Source: an uncultured Candidatus Rokubacteria bacterium (GTDB lineage Bacteria; Methylomirabilota; Methylomirabilia; Rokubacteriales; CSP1-6). Taken from it: DNA of 64,000 nucleotides. Each line of letters begins with the position of its first letter. The stretch's first letter is position 1. This document shows, piece after piece, positions 38,763-47,470 of this stretch. Position numbers and translations under genes: made by a program. The stretch covers positions 64,001-128,000 of the forward strand of contig CAVXJS010000008.1 of assembly GCA_963762145.1 (NCBI GenBank), written 5' to 3'. A model generated the notes under the pieces. It saw nothing but the letters and a program-made list of their open reading frames with translations. It did no database searches and was not told where the DNA came from.

Positions 38763-39965
38763 CTACCGGCGCTCGGCCGCGAGCTCCTTGCGGAGCGCGT
38801 CGGCGAGCCGCGCGAACTGCTCGGCGCGGTTGTAAAGCTGGGCGGAGACGCGGACGTGCCGCCGCGGCGGCGCGGGCCAGCGGAAGATCGGCACCTCGAT
38901 GCCGTGGCCGGCGAAGAGCCGCGCCTGGAGGGGGTCGGGCACCCGCCACCCGGTGTCGGTCGTCACGCTGTCCGGCAGGAGCACGCTCGCGAGCGTGCCG
39001 ATCATCTCATCCGGGCAGGCCGGCTCCGTTCCGACCGCGGCGCAGAGCGTCCGCCGCGCCTCCAGCGCGAGCGCGCGGTTGCGCGCCATCAGGGCGGGCC
39101 AGCCGCCCGGCACCAGCCCGCCCAGGTACTCGATCGCCTTCGGGACCGTCAGCCACGCGGTCGGGTCCTGGGTGCCGGTCCAGTCGAACTCGAGCCGGAA
39201 GCGCGTCCGGCCGGGCCGCTCGCCCGTCGCGCCGTGGCTGATCGTCAGCGGGTGGATGCGGGGCTGGCAATCGCGGCGCACCCAGAGGAAGGCGGAGCCC
39301 TTCGGCGTGCAGAGCCACTTGTGACAGTTGGCGCTGTAGTAGGCGGCGCCGAGCGCCCGCAGATCGAGCGGGACCATGCCGGGCGCGTGCGCGCCGTCCA
39401 CCAGCGTCTCCACGCCCCGCGCCCGCAGCTCGGCGACCAGGCGCTCGATGGGCAGGATCAGCCCGGTGGCGCTCGTGATGTGGTCCAGCAGCGCCAGGCG
39501 CGTTCGCGACGTCACCCGGGCCAGCACCGCGCTCACGACCGCCTGCGGGGATGCCACCGGGAACGGGACGGTGGCGACCACGACGCGGGCGCCGGTGCGG
39601 CGCGCGACGTAGTCGAGCGTGTTCTTGCAGGCCGCGTAGGCATGATCGGTGGTGAGCAGCTCGTCGCCGCCCGCGAGCTCGAGCGAGCGCAGCACCGCGT
39701 TGACGCCGCTGGTGGCGTTGCCGACGAAGGCGAGATCGTCGGGATCGGCGCCGACGAAGGCGCCGAGGGCCGCCCGCGCGGTGTCGAGGCGCCCGTCCAG
39801 CTCGCGCCCGAGGAAGCGCACCGGCTCGGCTTCGAGCTCCGCGCGGAGCGCGCTCTGGTAGGCCAGGATCTCGGCCGGGCAGGCGCCGTAGGAGCCGTGG
39901 TTGAGGAACGTCACGGCGGGATCGAGCGGCCACTGGGCCGCCCACTGGGCCTCGCTCATCGGCAT
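38763..39965 (-). CDS. Class V aminotransferase (isopenicillin-N epimerase / Egt2 C-S lyase-like)
   Basis: FLNHGSYGACP, DHITSATG, VDGAHAPG, NCHKWLCTPKG, RVSAQLYN. Confidence 0.88.
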   Translation of the reverse strand: MPMSEAQWAAQWPLDPAVTFLNHGSYGACPAEILAYQSALRAELEAEPVRFLGRELDGRLDTARAALGAFVGADPDDLAFVGNATSGVNAVLRSLELAGGDELLTTDHAYAACKNTLDYVARRTGARVVVATVPFPVASPQAVVSAVLARVTSRTRLALLDHITSATGLILPIERLVAELRARGVETLVDGAHAPGMVPLDLRALGAAYYSANCHKWLCTPKGSAFLWVRRDCQPRIHPLTISHGATGERPGRTRFRLEFDWTGTQDPTAWLTVPKAIEYLGGLVPGGWPALMARNRALALEARRTLCAAVGTEPACPDEMIGTLASVLLPDSVTTDTGWRVPDPLQARLFAGHGIEVPIFRWPAPPRRHVRVSAQLYNRAEQFARLADALRKELAAERR

Positions 39966-39967
39966 GC

Positions 39968-41518
39968 TCAGAACCCCGGAGGCGGCCGGAAGCCGCCGAT
40001 CACGTCGGCGAGCCGGCCCGCCAGGTCGATGGGTGTCGCGTCCTCGAGATACGGGCCCACGATCTGGATCCCCACCGGCAGCCCGCCCGGCGTGAAGCCG
40101 ACCGGCGCCGTCGTCGCGGGCAGGCCGGCCAGCAACGCGAACGAGGTCCAGAAGGACAGATCCAGGTAGGGCCGCTCGCCCCGCGGCGTGGCGAGCACGC
40201 GCATGACCGGCGCGCCCGCCTGATCGTGCGGAAACGCGGCGACGAGGGCAGTCGGCAGCAGGAAGGCGTCGTACGAGCGGAAGTAGGCCTGCCAGACGCC
40301 GCGCGCGACCCGGCGCCGCGCCTCCACGGTCTGCATGTGGGCGTCGGACGCGGTGACCGCGCGGGCGTAGCGCGCGAGGTAGGAAGTGTCCTGGCTGGCC
40401 GCGAGCTGCCGGAAGCCGGCGAGCTGCTCCTCGCGCACCGGCGGCGTGAAGCGCGCGATGAGCAGCGTGTAGTAGGCGTCGAACTGCTCCCCGGGATTCA
40501 CCCCGGGCGGCCAGCCCTCGGCGAGCTGGGCGCCGGCGCGGCGCAGCGCCTCGACCGCGGCGGCGAGCGCGTCGCCCACCTCCGGCGCCACCGGGGCGCG
40601 CGGATCGTCGAGCACGTAGCCGATGCGGTAATCCGCGAGCCGCGTGCCGCGCGCGGGCGGCAGCGACCATCGCCAGGCCCGCGCCTCGTCGCCGTCGGGC
40701 CCGCCCAGCACCTCGAGGGCGGCGCGCAGATCCCCGGCGGAGCGCGCGAGGGGGCCGGCCACCGGCAGCGTCGAGGGCGGAGACGCCGGGATGCCCGGCG
40801 GCGGCGGGATGTGGCCCCGCATCGGCACTACGTCGAGTGAGGGCTTGTGGCCGTAGACCCCGCAGAAGTGCGCGGGAATGCGGATCGAGCCTGCGAGATC
40901 GCTCCCCGGCTCGAGATAGGTGAGCCCCGCCGCGAGCGCGGCCGCGCCTCCGCCGGTCGAGCCGCCGGGCGTGCGCGCGACGTCCCAGGGATTGCTGGTC
41001 TGTCCGTACACCGCGTTGTAGCTCTGCCAGTCGGTGGCGAAGATCGGGACGTTCGTCTTCCCCAGGATGACCATGCCCGCCGCGCGGAGCCGCGCCGCCA
41101 CCGCCGCGTCCCGGGTGGGCACGTGGTTCCGCAGCGAGGGCGAGCCCGCGGTGGTCGTGACGCCGGCCACCTCGAAGGTGTCCTTGATGGTGCACGGCAC
41201 GCCGTGGAACGGCCCGGCCAGGTCCCGGCGGGCTCGCGCCTCGTCGGCCGCGCGCGCGCGATCCACCGCGTCGGGGGCGAAAGCGACGATGGCGTTGAGC
41301 CGGCCGTTGTACTGCTGGATCCGGTCCAGGATCCGGGTCGTGAGCTCGACCGAGGAGATCTGCCCGCTGCGAATCGCGCGGCCCGCGTCCAGGGCCGAGG
41401 CGAAGTCGAGGTCGCCGGCCCCGGCGCGCGCCGCGCGCACCGGGGCCAGCGCACTGGTCGTGACGGCGGCGAGCCCTCCCGCGAGAAATCCTCGCCGCGT
41501 GAGCTCCCGCGCGCTCAC
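39968..41518 (-). CDS. Amidase-signature family protein with Tat-like leader
   Basis: GTG start, LTRRGFLAG; IKD, GKTNVP, PGGSTGG, GSDLAGSIRIPA. Confidence 0.88.
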   Translation of the reverse strand: MSARELTRRGFLAGGLAAVTTSALAPVRAARAGAGDLDFASALDAGRAIRSGQISSVELTTRILDRIQQYNGRLNAIVAFAPDAVDRARAADEARARRDLAGPFHGVPCTIKDTFEVAGVTTTAGSPSLRNHVPTRDAAVAARLRAAGMVILGKTNVPIFATDWQSYNAVYGQTSNPWDVARTPGGSTGGGAAALAAGLTYLEPGSDLAGSIRIPAHFCGVYGHKPSLDVVPMRGHIPPPPGIPASPPSTLPVAGPLARSAGDLRAALEVLGGPDGDEARAWRWSLPPARGTRLADYRIGYVLDDPRAPVAPEVGDALAAAVEALRRAGAQLAEGWPPGVNPGEQFDAYYTLLIARFTPPVREEQLAGFRQLAASQDTSYLARYARAVTASDAHMQTVEARRRVARGVWQAYFRSYDAFLLPTALVAAFPHDQAGAPVMRVLATPRGERPYLDLSFWTSFALLAGLPATTAPVGFTPGGLPVGIQIVGPYLEDATPIDLAGRLADVIGGFRPPPGF

Positions 41519-42667
41519 GGGGCCTCGTCGCCCGGCGTGGGCATCGTCCGACCGGTGGACGCCCGCGCCGGGAACCGGGCGAGCGCTGCCTCGTCGAGGT
41601 CGATGCCGAGCCCGGGGGACGCGGGGACCGCGATATACCCCGCCTTCACCTCGAACCCGGGGCGTGGCGATCTCGCGGCCGCGGGCCTCGAAGTTCACGA
41701 AGTACTCGGTGATGAGGAAGTTGGGGATCGCGGCGGAGACGTGCAGCGTGGCGGCCAGGCCGACGGTGGTGCTGTTGTAGTTGTGGGGCGAGACCGTGAC
41801 CAGCGACGGCTCGGCCATCTGGGCGATGGCGCGCAGCTCCAGGATGCCGCCGCAGTTGCACACGTCGGGGTTGACGATGTCGGCCGCGCGCAGCTCGAAG
41901 GCGCGCCGGAACTCGGCGCGGGTGTAGAGCTCCTCGCCGGTGACGATCGGGATCGCGATCTGCCGCCGGCACTCCGCGAGCGCCTCCAGGTTCGTGGACG
42001 ACACCGGCTCCTCGTACCAGAAGGGCCGGAAGCGCTCCATCTCGCGCGCGATCCGCACCGCGTGCATGGGAGCCAGCCGCCGGTGCACCTCGATCAGCAG
42101 ATCCACCTCGGCGCCGACCGCCTCGCGCACCGCGGCCACGTTGGCCACCGCCTGCTCCTCGGCCGCGCGCGTGATGTGGGTGCGCCAGGGGCCGGGGAAC
42201 GGATCGAACTTCAGCGCGTCGAAGCCGCGGCCCACCGTGTCGCGCGCCCGCGCCGCGTACTCTCCCGGGGTCTTGGCGCCGCCGTACCATCCGTTGGCGT
42301 AGACGCGCACGCGCTCGCGACACGGCCCGCCCAGCAGCGCGTGCACCGGAACCCGGTGGCGCTTGCCCGCGATGTCCCAGAGCGCCTGCTCGAGCCCGCT
42401 CACCGCGCTCCAGAAGTCCATCGCGCCACGCTTGGCCGCGAAGTCGTGGTAGGCCCAGTGCACGAAGTGGGTGATGTGGCCCGCGTCGCGCCCCACGAGG
42501 TAGCGGCCGATCGCCTCCACGAGCGCCACGATGCTCGTGTCGCGGTCGGCCTGGGTGTAGCACTCACCCCAGCCGTGCGGGCCGCCGTCGGTCTCCACCT
42601 TGACGAAGCACAGATTCTTGCCGCTGCCGAGATCGGCCAGGAACGGGGTGACGCGGCTCACGCGCAT
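41515..42667 (-). CDS. Mandelate racemase/galactonate dehydratase-like enolase (frameshift ~41660)
   Basis: GWGE, ALWDIAGK, YANGW, KFDPF, EVH, YEEP, TGE, NPD; the tail PGLGIDLDE is in another frame and stops at 41515. Confidence 0.88.
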
Positions 42668-42689
42668 GACGATGATCGCTCCGGCCGCG

Positions 42690-42731
42690 ATCGTATCAGA
42701 ATCGAGCGGACCGGAGCGAGCGTGATACGAT
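42690..42731. promoter_or_regulatory. Mirror pair of identical extended -10 elements (TGATACGAT on each strand)
   Basis: ATCGTATCA 42690-42698 and TGATACGAT 42723-42731 between divergent genes. Confidence 0.5.
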
Positions 42732-42742
42732 TCCTCCGCCTC

Positions 42743-44005
42743 ATGCACGCTCTGACAGAGACGTCACGGCGCGGCTCGGTCCGCGTCAAGCTGATGGCCA
42801 CGCTGTTCGTGGCCCAGGTCTGCGGCAGCACCGGCCACGCGATCGGCATGGCGGTCGGCAGCATCATGGCGGCGAGCATCACCGGCACCAATACCTGGTC
42901 GGGTCTGCCGATCGCGGTGGGCGCGCTCGGCACCGCGCTGGCGAGCTGGCCGCTGGCCCGCCTGATGGCGCGCTCGGGCCGGCGCCCGGGCCTGGCGCTC
43001 GGCTACGCGCTCGCGATGATCGGCGCGGGGCTCGTCCTCTGGGGCGTGGCCGGCCGCAGCTTCACGCTGATGCTGATCGGCATGGCGCTGTTCGGCATCG
43101 CGAGCACCTCCAACCTGCTCGCCCGCTACGCGGCCGCCGACGTGAGCTCGCCCACCCGGCGCGGCCGCGCGATGGGCCTGATCGTCTGGGGCTCCACGGT
43201 GGGCTCGATGATCGGCCCCAACCTGATGGCCCCCGCGCTCTCCATCGGCGCGCTGCTCGGGGTCCCGGGGACCGCGAGCGCGTTCCTGATCAGCGTGGCC
43301 AGCTACGCCATCGCCGCGCTCCTGACCTTCTGCTGCCTGCGCCCGGATCCGCTCGCCCTCGCCCGGCAGGAGCAGGCGGCCGCGGATGCGGGCCGGCCCG
43401 CCGGCGCCGCGCGCGCGCTCGGCGTGATCCTCGCGGACGTGCGCGTGCAGATCGCGCTCGCTACGCTGTCGGTCAGCCAGTTCGTGATGATCAGCACCAC
43501 CGCCATCTCGCCGCTCTACCTCCACGATCAGGGCCACGCGGTCGGGACCATCGGCGTCGCGGTCTCGCTCCACCTGGCCGGCATGTACGTGGCCTCGCCG
43601 CTCTCGGGCTGGCTCGCGGATCGCTTCGGGCGGCTGCCGGTGATCGCGGCGGGCGCGCTCCTGCTGATCTTCTCGGTGGGTCTGGCCGGGATCGCCCCGG
43701 GCACCGAGGCGGTGCCGGTCATCCTCGCGCTCTTCCTGAACGGCGTCGGCTGGAATCTCGCGTTCGTGGCCGGCAGCGCCCTGCTCACCGACGCGCTCGC
43801 TCCGGCGGAGCGGGCGTCGGTGCAGGGCTTCGCGGATCTGCTCATGGGCTTGATGGGCGCGATCGGCGCGGTGGCGGGCGGGATGATCCTGGGGCTCTGG
43901 GGCTTCGCCATCCTGAACGCGGTCGGCGGGGTGCTGGTGCTGGGCCCGCTCGCGGTCACGTGGCTGCGACGGCCCGCGCTCGCCTCCCTGTCGAGCCGGA
44001 GCTGA
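42743..44005 (+). CDS. MFS transporter
   Basis: ARSGRRPGL, ARYAAAD, GWLADRFGR; hydrophobic. Confidence 0.85.
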   Translation: MHALTETSRRGSVRVKLMATLFVAQVCGSTGHAIGMAVGSIMAASITGTNTWSGLPIAVGALGTALASWPLARLMARSGRRPGLALGYALAMIGAGLVLWGVAGRSFTLMLIGMALFGIASTSNLLARYAAADVSSPTRRGRAMGLIVWGSTVGSMIGPNLMAPALSIGALLGVPGTASAFLISVASYAIAALLTFCCLRPDPLALARQEQAAADAGRPAGAARALGVILADVRVQIALATLSVSQFVMISTTAISPLYLHDQGHAVGTIGVAVSLHLAGMYVASPLSGWLADRFGRLPVIAAGALLLIFSVGLAGIAPGTEAVPVILALFLNGVGWNLAFVAGSALLTDALAPAERASVQGFADLLMGLMGAIGAVAGGMILGLWGFAILNAVGGVLVLGPLAVTWLRRPALASLSSRS

Positions 44006-45198
44006 TGCTTCGGCTGCTCCCCGATCTGCGCTACCTGGGCGCCGGCACGCTGCTCAACTCGATCGGCATGATGGGTGAGCTCGTCGTGCTCGGCTGGCTC
44101 GCTCTCGAGCTGACCGACTCGCCCTTCCTGGTCGGCGCCGCGATGGGCGCGCGCGCCCTGCCGCTCTTCTTCGTGGGTGTGCCCGCCGGGGTGATCGCGG
44201 ACCGGCTGCCGCGCCGGCGCCTGCTCATCGCGACCGGCGCCGGCCAGGCGCTCACCGCCGCCCTCATGGGCGTGCTCGCGCTGACCGGCGCGGTGAGCCT
44301 CGCCCAGCTCGTCCTGCTCACGTTCGTGGGCGGCATCCTGCGCGGCCTCGAGCACGCGGCGCGCCAGAGCTACGCGCACGACGTCGTCGGCGCCGCCGGC
44401 CTCGTGAGCGGCCTCGCCATCCTGGGCGTGGCGATGCGCGCGGGCTGGCTGGTGGGCTCGCTCGGCGCGGGCGCCGTCATCGCGCGCTACGGCTCGGGCC
44501 ACGCCTATCTCTTCGTCGCCGCGGCGTACCTGGCCGGGGGCCTCGCCATGCTCCCGGCCCGCGCGATGACCCCGGCGGTGGCGGCCGCGCCCGATTCCAT
44601 GTGGCGGGGCATCACCAGCTTCGTCGACGCGGTGAACCGCGACCGCATGCTGCTGGTCCTGATGATGCTCACCGCGGGGGCCGAGGTGCTGGGCTTCGCG
44701 CACCAGGCGCTCCTGCCGAGCCTCGCCCGCGACGTGCTCCACACCGGCCCCGAGGGGCTCGGCGTCCTCAATGCGGCGCGCTCGATCGGCGGCATCCTGG
44801 CGCTCCTCGCCTCCCTGCGCGGCTTCACCGCAGGCGGCGGCGCGCTCTTCGTGGCGGTGCTGGTGTCCTTCGGAGGCAGCCTGATCGCCCTCGGGGTGGC
44901 GCCGTACCTGGTCGGGTTCGCCGGCGTCGCGCTGCTGGTCCTCCTCGCCAACGCGGCGGGGGCCCTGGCGGATCTGCTCGCGCAGAGCCTGCTCCAGCTG
45001 CGCGTCCCCGCCCACCTGCGCGGGCGCGCGGGAGGGGCCTGGGTGGTGGCCATCGGCCTGGCCCCGCTCGGCCAGATCCAGATCGGCGCGCTCGCCTCGC
45101 TGTTCGGGGTCAGCGCGGCGCTGGGCGCGAGCGGCCTCGGCCTCGTCGCCCTCGCGGGCGCCACCGCCCTGCTCTACCCGCGCCTGCGCGCGCTCTGA
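44005..45198 (+). CDS. MFS transporter
   Basis: TGATG coupling; GVIADRLPRRR, LRGRAGG. Confidence 0.85.
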   Translation: MLRLLPDLRYLGAGTLLNSIGMMGELVVLGWLALELTDSPFLVGAAMGARALPLFFVGVPAGVIADRLPRRRLLIATGAGQALTAALMGVLALTGAVSLAQLVLLTFVGGILRGLEHAARQSYAHDVVGAAGLVSGLAILGVAMRAGWLVGSLGAGAVIARYGSGHAYLFVAAAYLAGGLAMLPARAMTPAVAAAPDSMWRGITSFVDAVNRDRMLLVLMMLTAGAEVLGFAHQALLPSLARDVLHTGPEGLGVLNAARSIGGILALLASLRGFTAGGGALFVAVLVSFGGSLIALGVAPYLVGFAGVALLVLLANAAGALADLLAQSLLQLRVPAHLRGRAGGAWVVAIGLAPLGQIQIGALASLFGVSAALGASGLGLVALAGATALLYPRLRAL

Positions 45199-45256
45199 CC
45201 GGCTCCGCCCGCGGCTGGGTTGCCGGTCCGGGGAGCCGCTGGTAAGCTCTGCGGGC

Positions 45257-45538
45257 ATGACGCGCATGCGAGACGGCAGCGACGGGCCGGGGCCGAGCAC
45301 GTCCGAGATGGCGCGGGACATCGTGGTCGCCCTGGTGCAGTCCGGCAAGATCCACCTCGATCCCGATCCGAAGAAGCAGGGCGAATGGCTCGGCGATCTC
45401 TTCAAGGCCGTCCACCAGAAGATCGTCGTGGAGGGCGCCCTCGAGATGCTCGTCGAGGATCAGCTCAAGAACTTCAACCTCGACGACCTCCGCCAGCTCC
45501 GCGGACTCCTCGACGCGGAGATCGCGGCGCGGAGCTGA
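45257..45538 (+). CDS. Small helical hypothetical protein
   Basis: 93 aa with host-like codon usage; TG-G-TAAGCT at 45240-45248. Confidence 0.65.
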   Translation: MTRMRDGSDGPGPSTSEMARDIVVALVQSGKIHLDPDPKKQGEWLGDLFKAVHQKIVVEGALEMLVEDQLKNFNLDDLRQLRGLLDAEIAARS

Positions 45539-45542
45539 GGCG

Positions 45543-47096
45543 TCACCGCAGGCCGCGCACGCTCCAGACCGGCACCGGGCGGGCCAGGCCCTTGAGGGTG
45601 ATCGGGCCCACGCTCTCCGCGTCGATCAGAGCCTCCACCGCGACCGCGACCCGCGCCGAGATCAGGATCTGCCCGCCGTCGGCCTCGCCGCAGAGGCGCG
45701 CGGCGAGGTTCGTGACCGCCCCGATCGCGCCGTAGTCGACGCGTCCCTCGAAGCCGATCGCGCCGATGGTGGCGTAGCCCTGGGCGAGGCCGATCTTGAG
45801 CGCCAGGTCCCAGCCCCGCTTGCGCCACTGGACGCCGAGGGTGTCGATGAGGTCGCGCATGGCGATCGCCATGCGCATCGCCCGCTCGGCCGGATTCGGC
45901 ACCTCGACCGGGTCGTTGAAGAAGATCATCATCCCGTCGCCGGTGAAACGCTCGAGCGTGCCCTCGTGCTCCAGGATGAGCCGGCCCATCTCCGCGTGGT
46001 ACTCGCGGAGCATGCCCATGATCTCCTCGGGCTCGGCGGTCTCGGCGAAGGAGGTGAAGCCGCGGAGGTCGATGAACACGACGGTGACCTCCCGGCGATG
46101 AGTCTTGAGTGGGTCGTCCGCCCCGCCGGCCACGATGAGCTCGGCGAGCTGCGGGGAGAAGAACCGCTTGAGGCGGCCGAGCCGCTCGAGCTGGGCCACC
46201 TGCTCGGCGACACGGCGCTCCAGCGTCTCGTTCAGCTCCGCGAGCTCGCGGCGCTGCCGGGCCTCCCGATCGTGGAGGCGCTTCTTCTCCAGGCACGCGC
46301 CGACCCGAGCCTGGAGCAACACGGGCTCGAACGGCTTGCCGAGGTAGTCCTCCGCCCCGAGCTGGATGCAGCGCACCACGCTGTCGAGCTCGTCCAGCGC
46401 CGAGATCATGAGCACCGGGATGTCGCGGAGGGCGGGATCGGCCTTGAGCCGCTCGAGCACCGCGTAGCCGTCGAGGTCCGGCATCATCACGTCGAGCAGC
46501 ACCAGGTCCACCGGCGTCGCGGTGAGCGTGGCCAGGGCGGCCCGCCCTCCGGCCGCGGTCAAGACTTCGTAGTTCTGACGCCTCAGGCGACGCGCGAGCA
46601 TGTCGCGATTGTCCTCGTTGTCGTCCACGACCAGGATCAGCCCTCGGTGCGCCGCCGGCTGACCGGCGGCGGGCTCCGCGCCAGCGCCCTGCTGCGCGCC
46701 CTCCCGGGCCGAAGGAGCGCCACCCGGACCCAGCAGCTCGTCGAGCCGCCCGGTGGCCGAGCGGATGCGGTCCAGATCGGCGAGCAGCGCGCCGGCGCCG
46801 GCTTCCGCCGCCCGTCGGCGCAAGGCCTCGCCGGCCGCACGGACGCGCTCCAGTGGCGGGCCCAGCGTGCCGCGCGCGGCCGCGAGATCCGGCGGCCCCG
46901 CGTGGCCCCGCGCCAGGACCTCGTTCAGCCGGGTCAGAAGCTGGCGCGCGTCCGCGCGCAGGGCGGAGAGGCCGGCGGCCAGCTCGAGGTGGTCGCCGCT
47001 CTCGAGCTCCTCGAGCAGCATCTCGGCGTAGCCGATGATGTGGTTCAGCGGCGTGCGCAGCTCGTGGCGAAGCTGCGCGGCGGGATCGATGCTCAC
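45543..47096 (-). CDS. DHp(HisKA)-REC-class III nucleotide cyclase
   Basis: [13 protein letters not shown] without HATPase; VVDD..DVMMPD..SA..KPF; FIDLRGFT, TGDG, TNLAARL. Confidence 0.9.
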   Translation of the reverse strand: MSIDPAAQLRHELRTPLNHIIGYAEMLLEELESGDHLELAAGLSALRADARQLLTRLNEVLARGHAGPPDLAAARGTLGPPLERVRAAGEALRRRAAEAGAGALLADLDRIRSATGRLDELLGPGGAPSAREGAQQGAGAEPAAGQPAAHRGLILVVDDNEDNRDMLARRLRRQNYEVLTAAGGRAALATLTATPVDLVLLDVMMPDLDGYAVLERLKADPALRDIPVLMISALDELDSVVRCIQLGAEDYLGKPFEPVLLQARVGACLEKKRLHDREARQRRELAELNETLERRVAEQVAQLERLGRLKRFFSPQLAELIVAGGADDPLKTHRREVTVVFIDLRGFTSFAETAEPEEIMGMLREYHAEMGRLILEHEGTLERFTGDGMMIFFNDPVEVPNPAERAMRMAIAMRDLIDTLGVQWRKRGWDLALKIGLAQGYATIGAIGFEGRVDYGAIGAVTNLAARLCGEADGGQILISARVAVAVEALIDAESVGPITLKGLARPVPVWSVRGLR

Positions 47097-47470
47097 GCGC
47101 CGCCCGTGCGCCCGAGCAGGGCCTCGATCTTCTCGAGCAGGCGGGCCAGATCGACCGGCTTGGTGTCGAAGTCGTCGCAGCCCGCCGCGACCGCCTTCTC
47201 GCGATCGCCGGACATGGCGTGCGCGGTGAGCGCGATCACGGGAATGCCGCGGGTCTCCGGCGCCGCCTTGATCCGGCGAGTCGCCTCCCAGCCGTCCAGC
47301 CCCGGCAGGCTCATGTCCATCAGGATCAGCGCCGGCGCCTCCGAGCGGGCCATCGCGACGCCCTGCTCGCCGTCCACCGCGATGGCGACCTCGTAGCCGC
47401 GCCGGACGAGGCGGCGGGACAGCATGTCGCGGTTCATCTCGTTGTCCTCGACCAGCAGGATCTTGGCCAT
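47093..47470 (-). CDS. Single-domain response regulator (DivK-like)
   Basis: [34 protein letters not shown]. Confidence 0.92.
   Translation of the reverse strand: MAKILLVEDNEMNRDMLSRRLVRRGYEVAIAVDGEQGVAMARSEAPALILMDMSLPGLDGWEATRRIKAAPETRGIPVIALTAHAMSGDREKAVAAGCDDFDTKPVDLARLLEKIEALLGRTGGA

Noticed and set aside
31623-39965. Microcystin degradation or beta-lactam biosynthesis cluster (MlrC-like and isopenicillin-N-epimerase-like genes)
   Set aside because: No mlrA/B/D, pcbAB/pcbC or NRPS genes; both families are widespread with other substrates.
39968-42748. 926-aa enolase-amidase fusion in the ORF track
   Set aside because: A frameshift near 41660 explains it. The enolase tail (PGLGIDLDE) is in another frame ending at TGA 41515, which overlaps the amidase's own GTG start and Tat-like leader.
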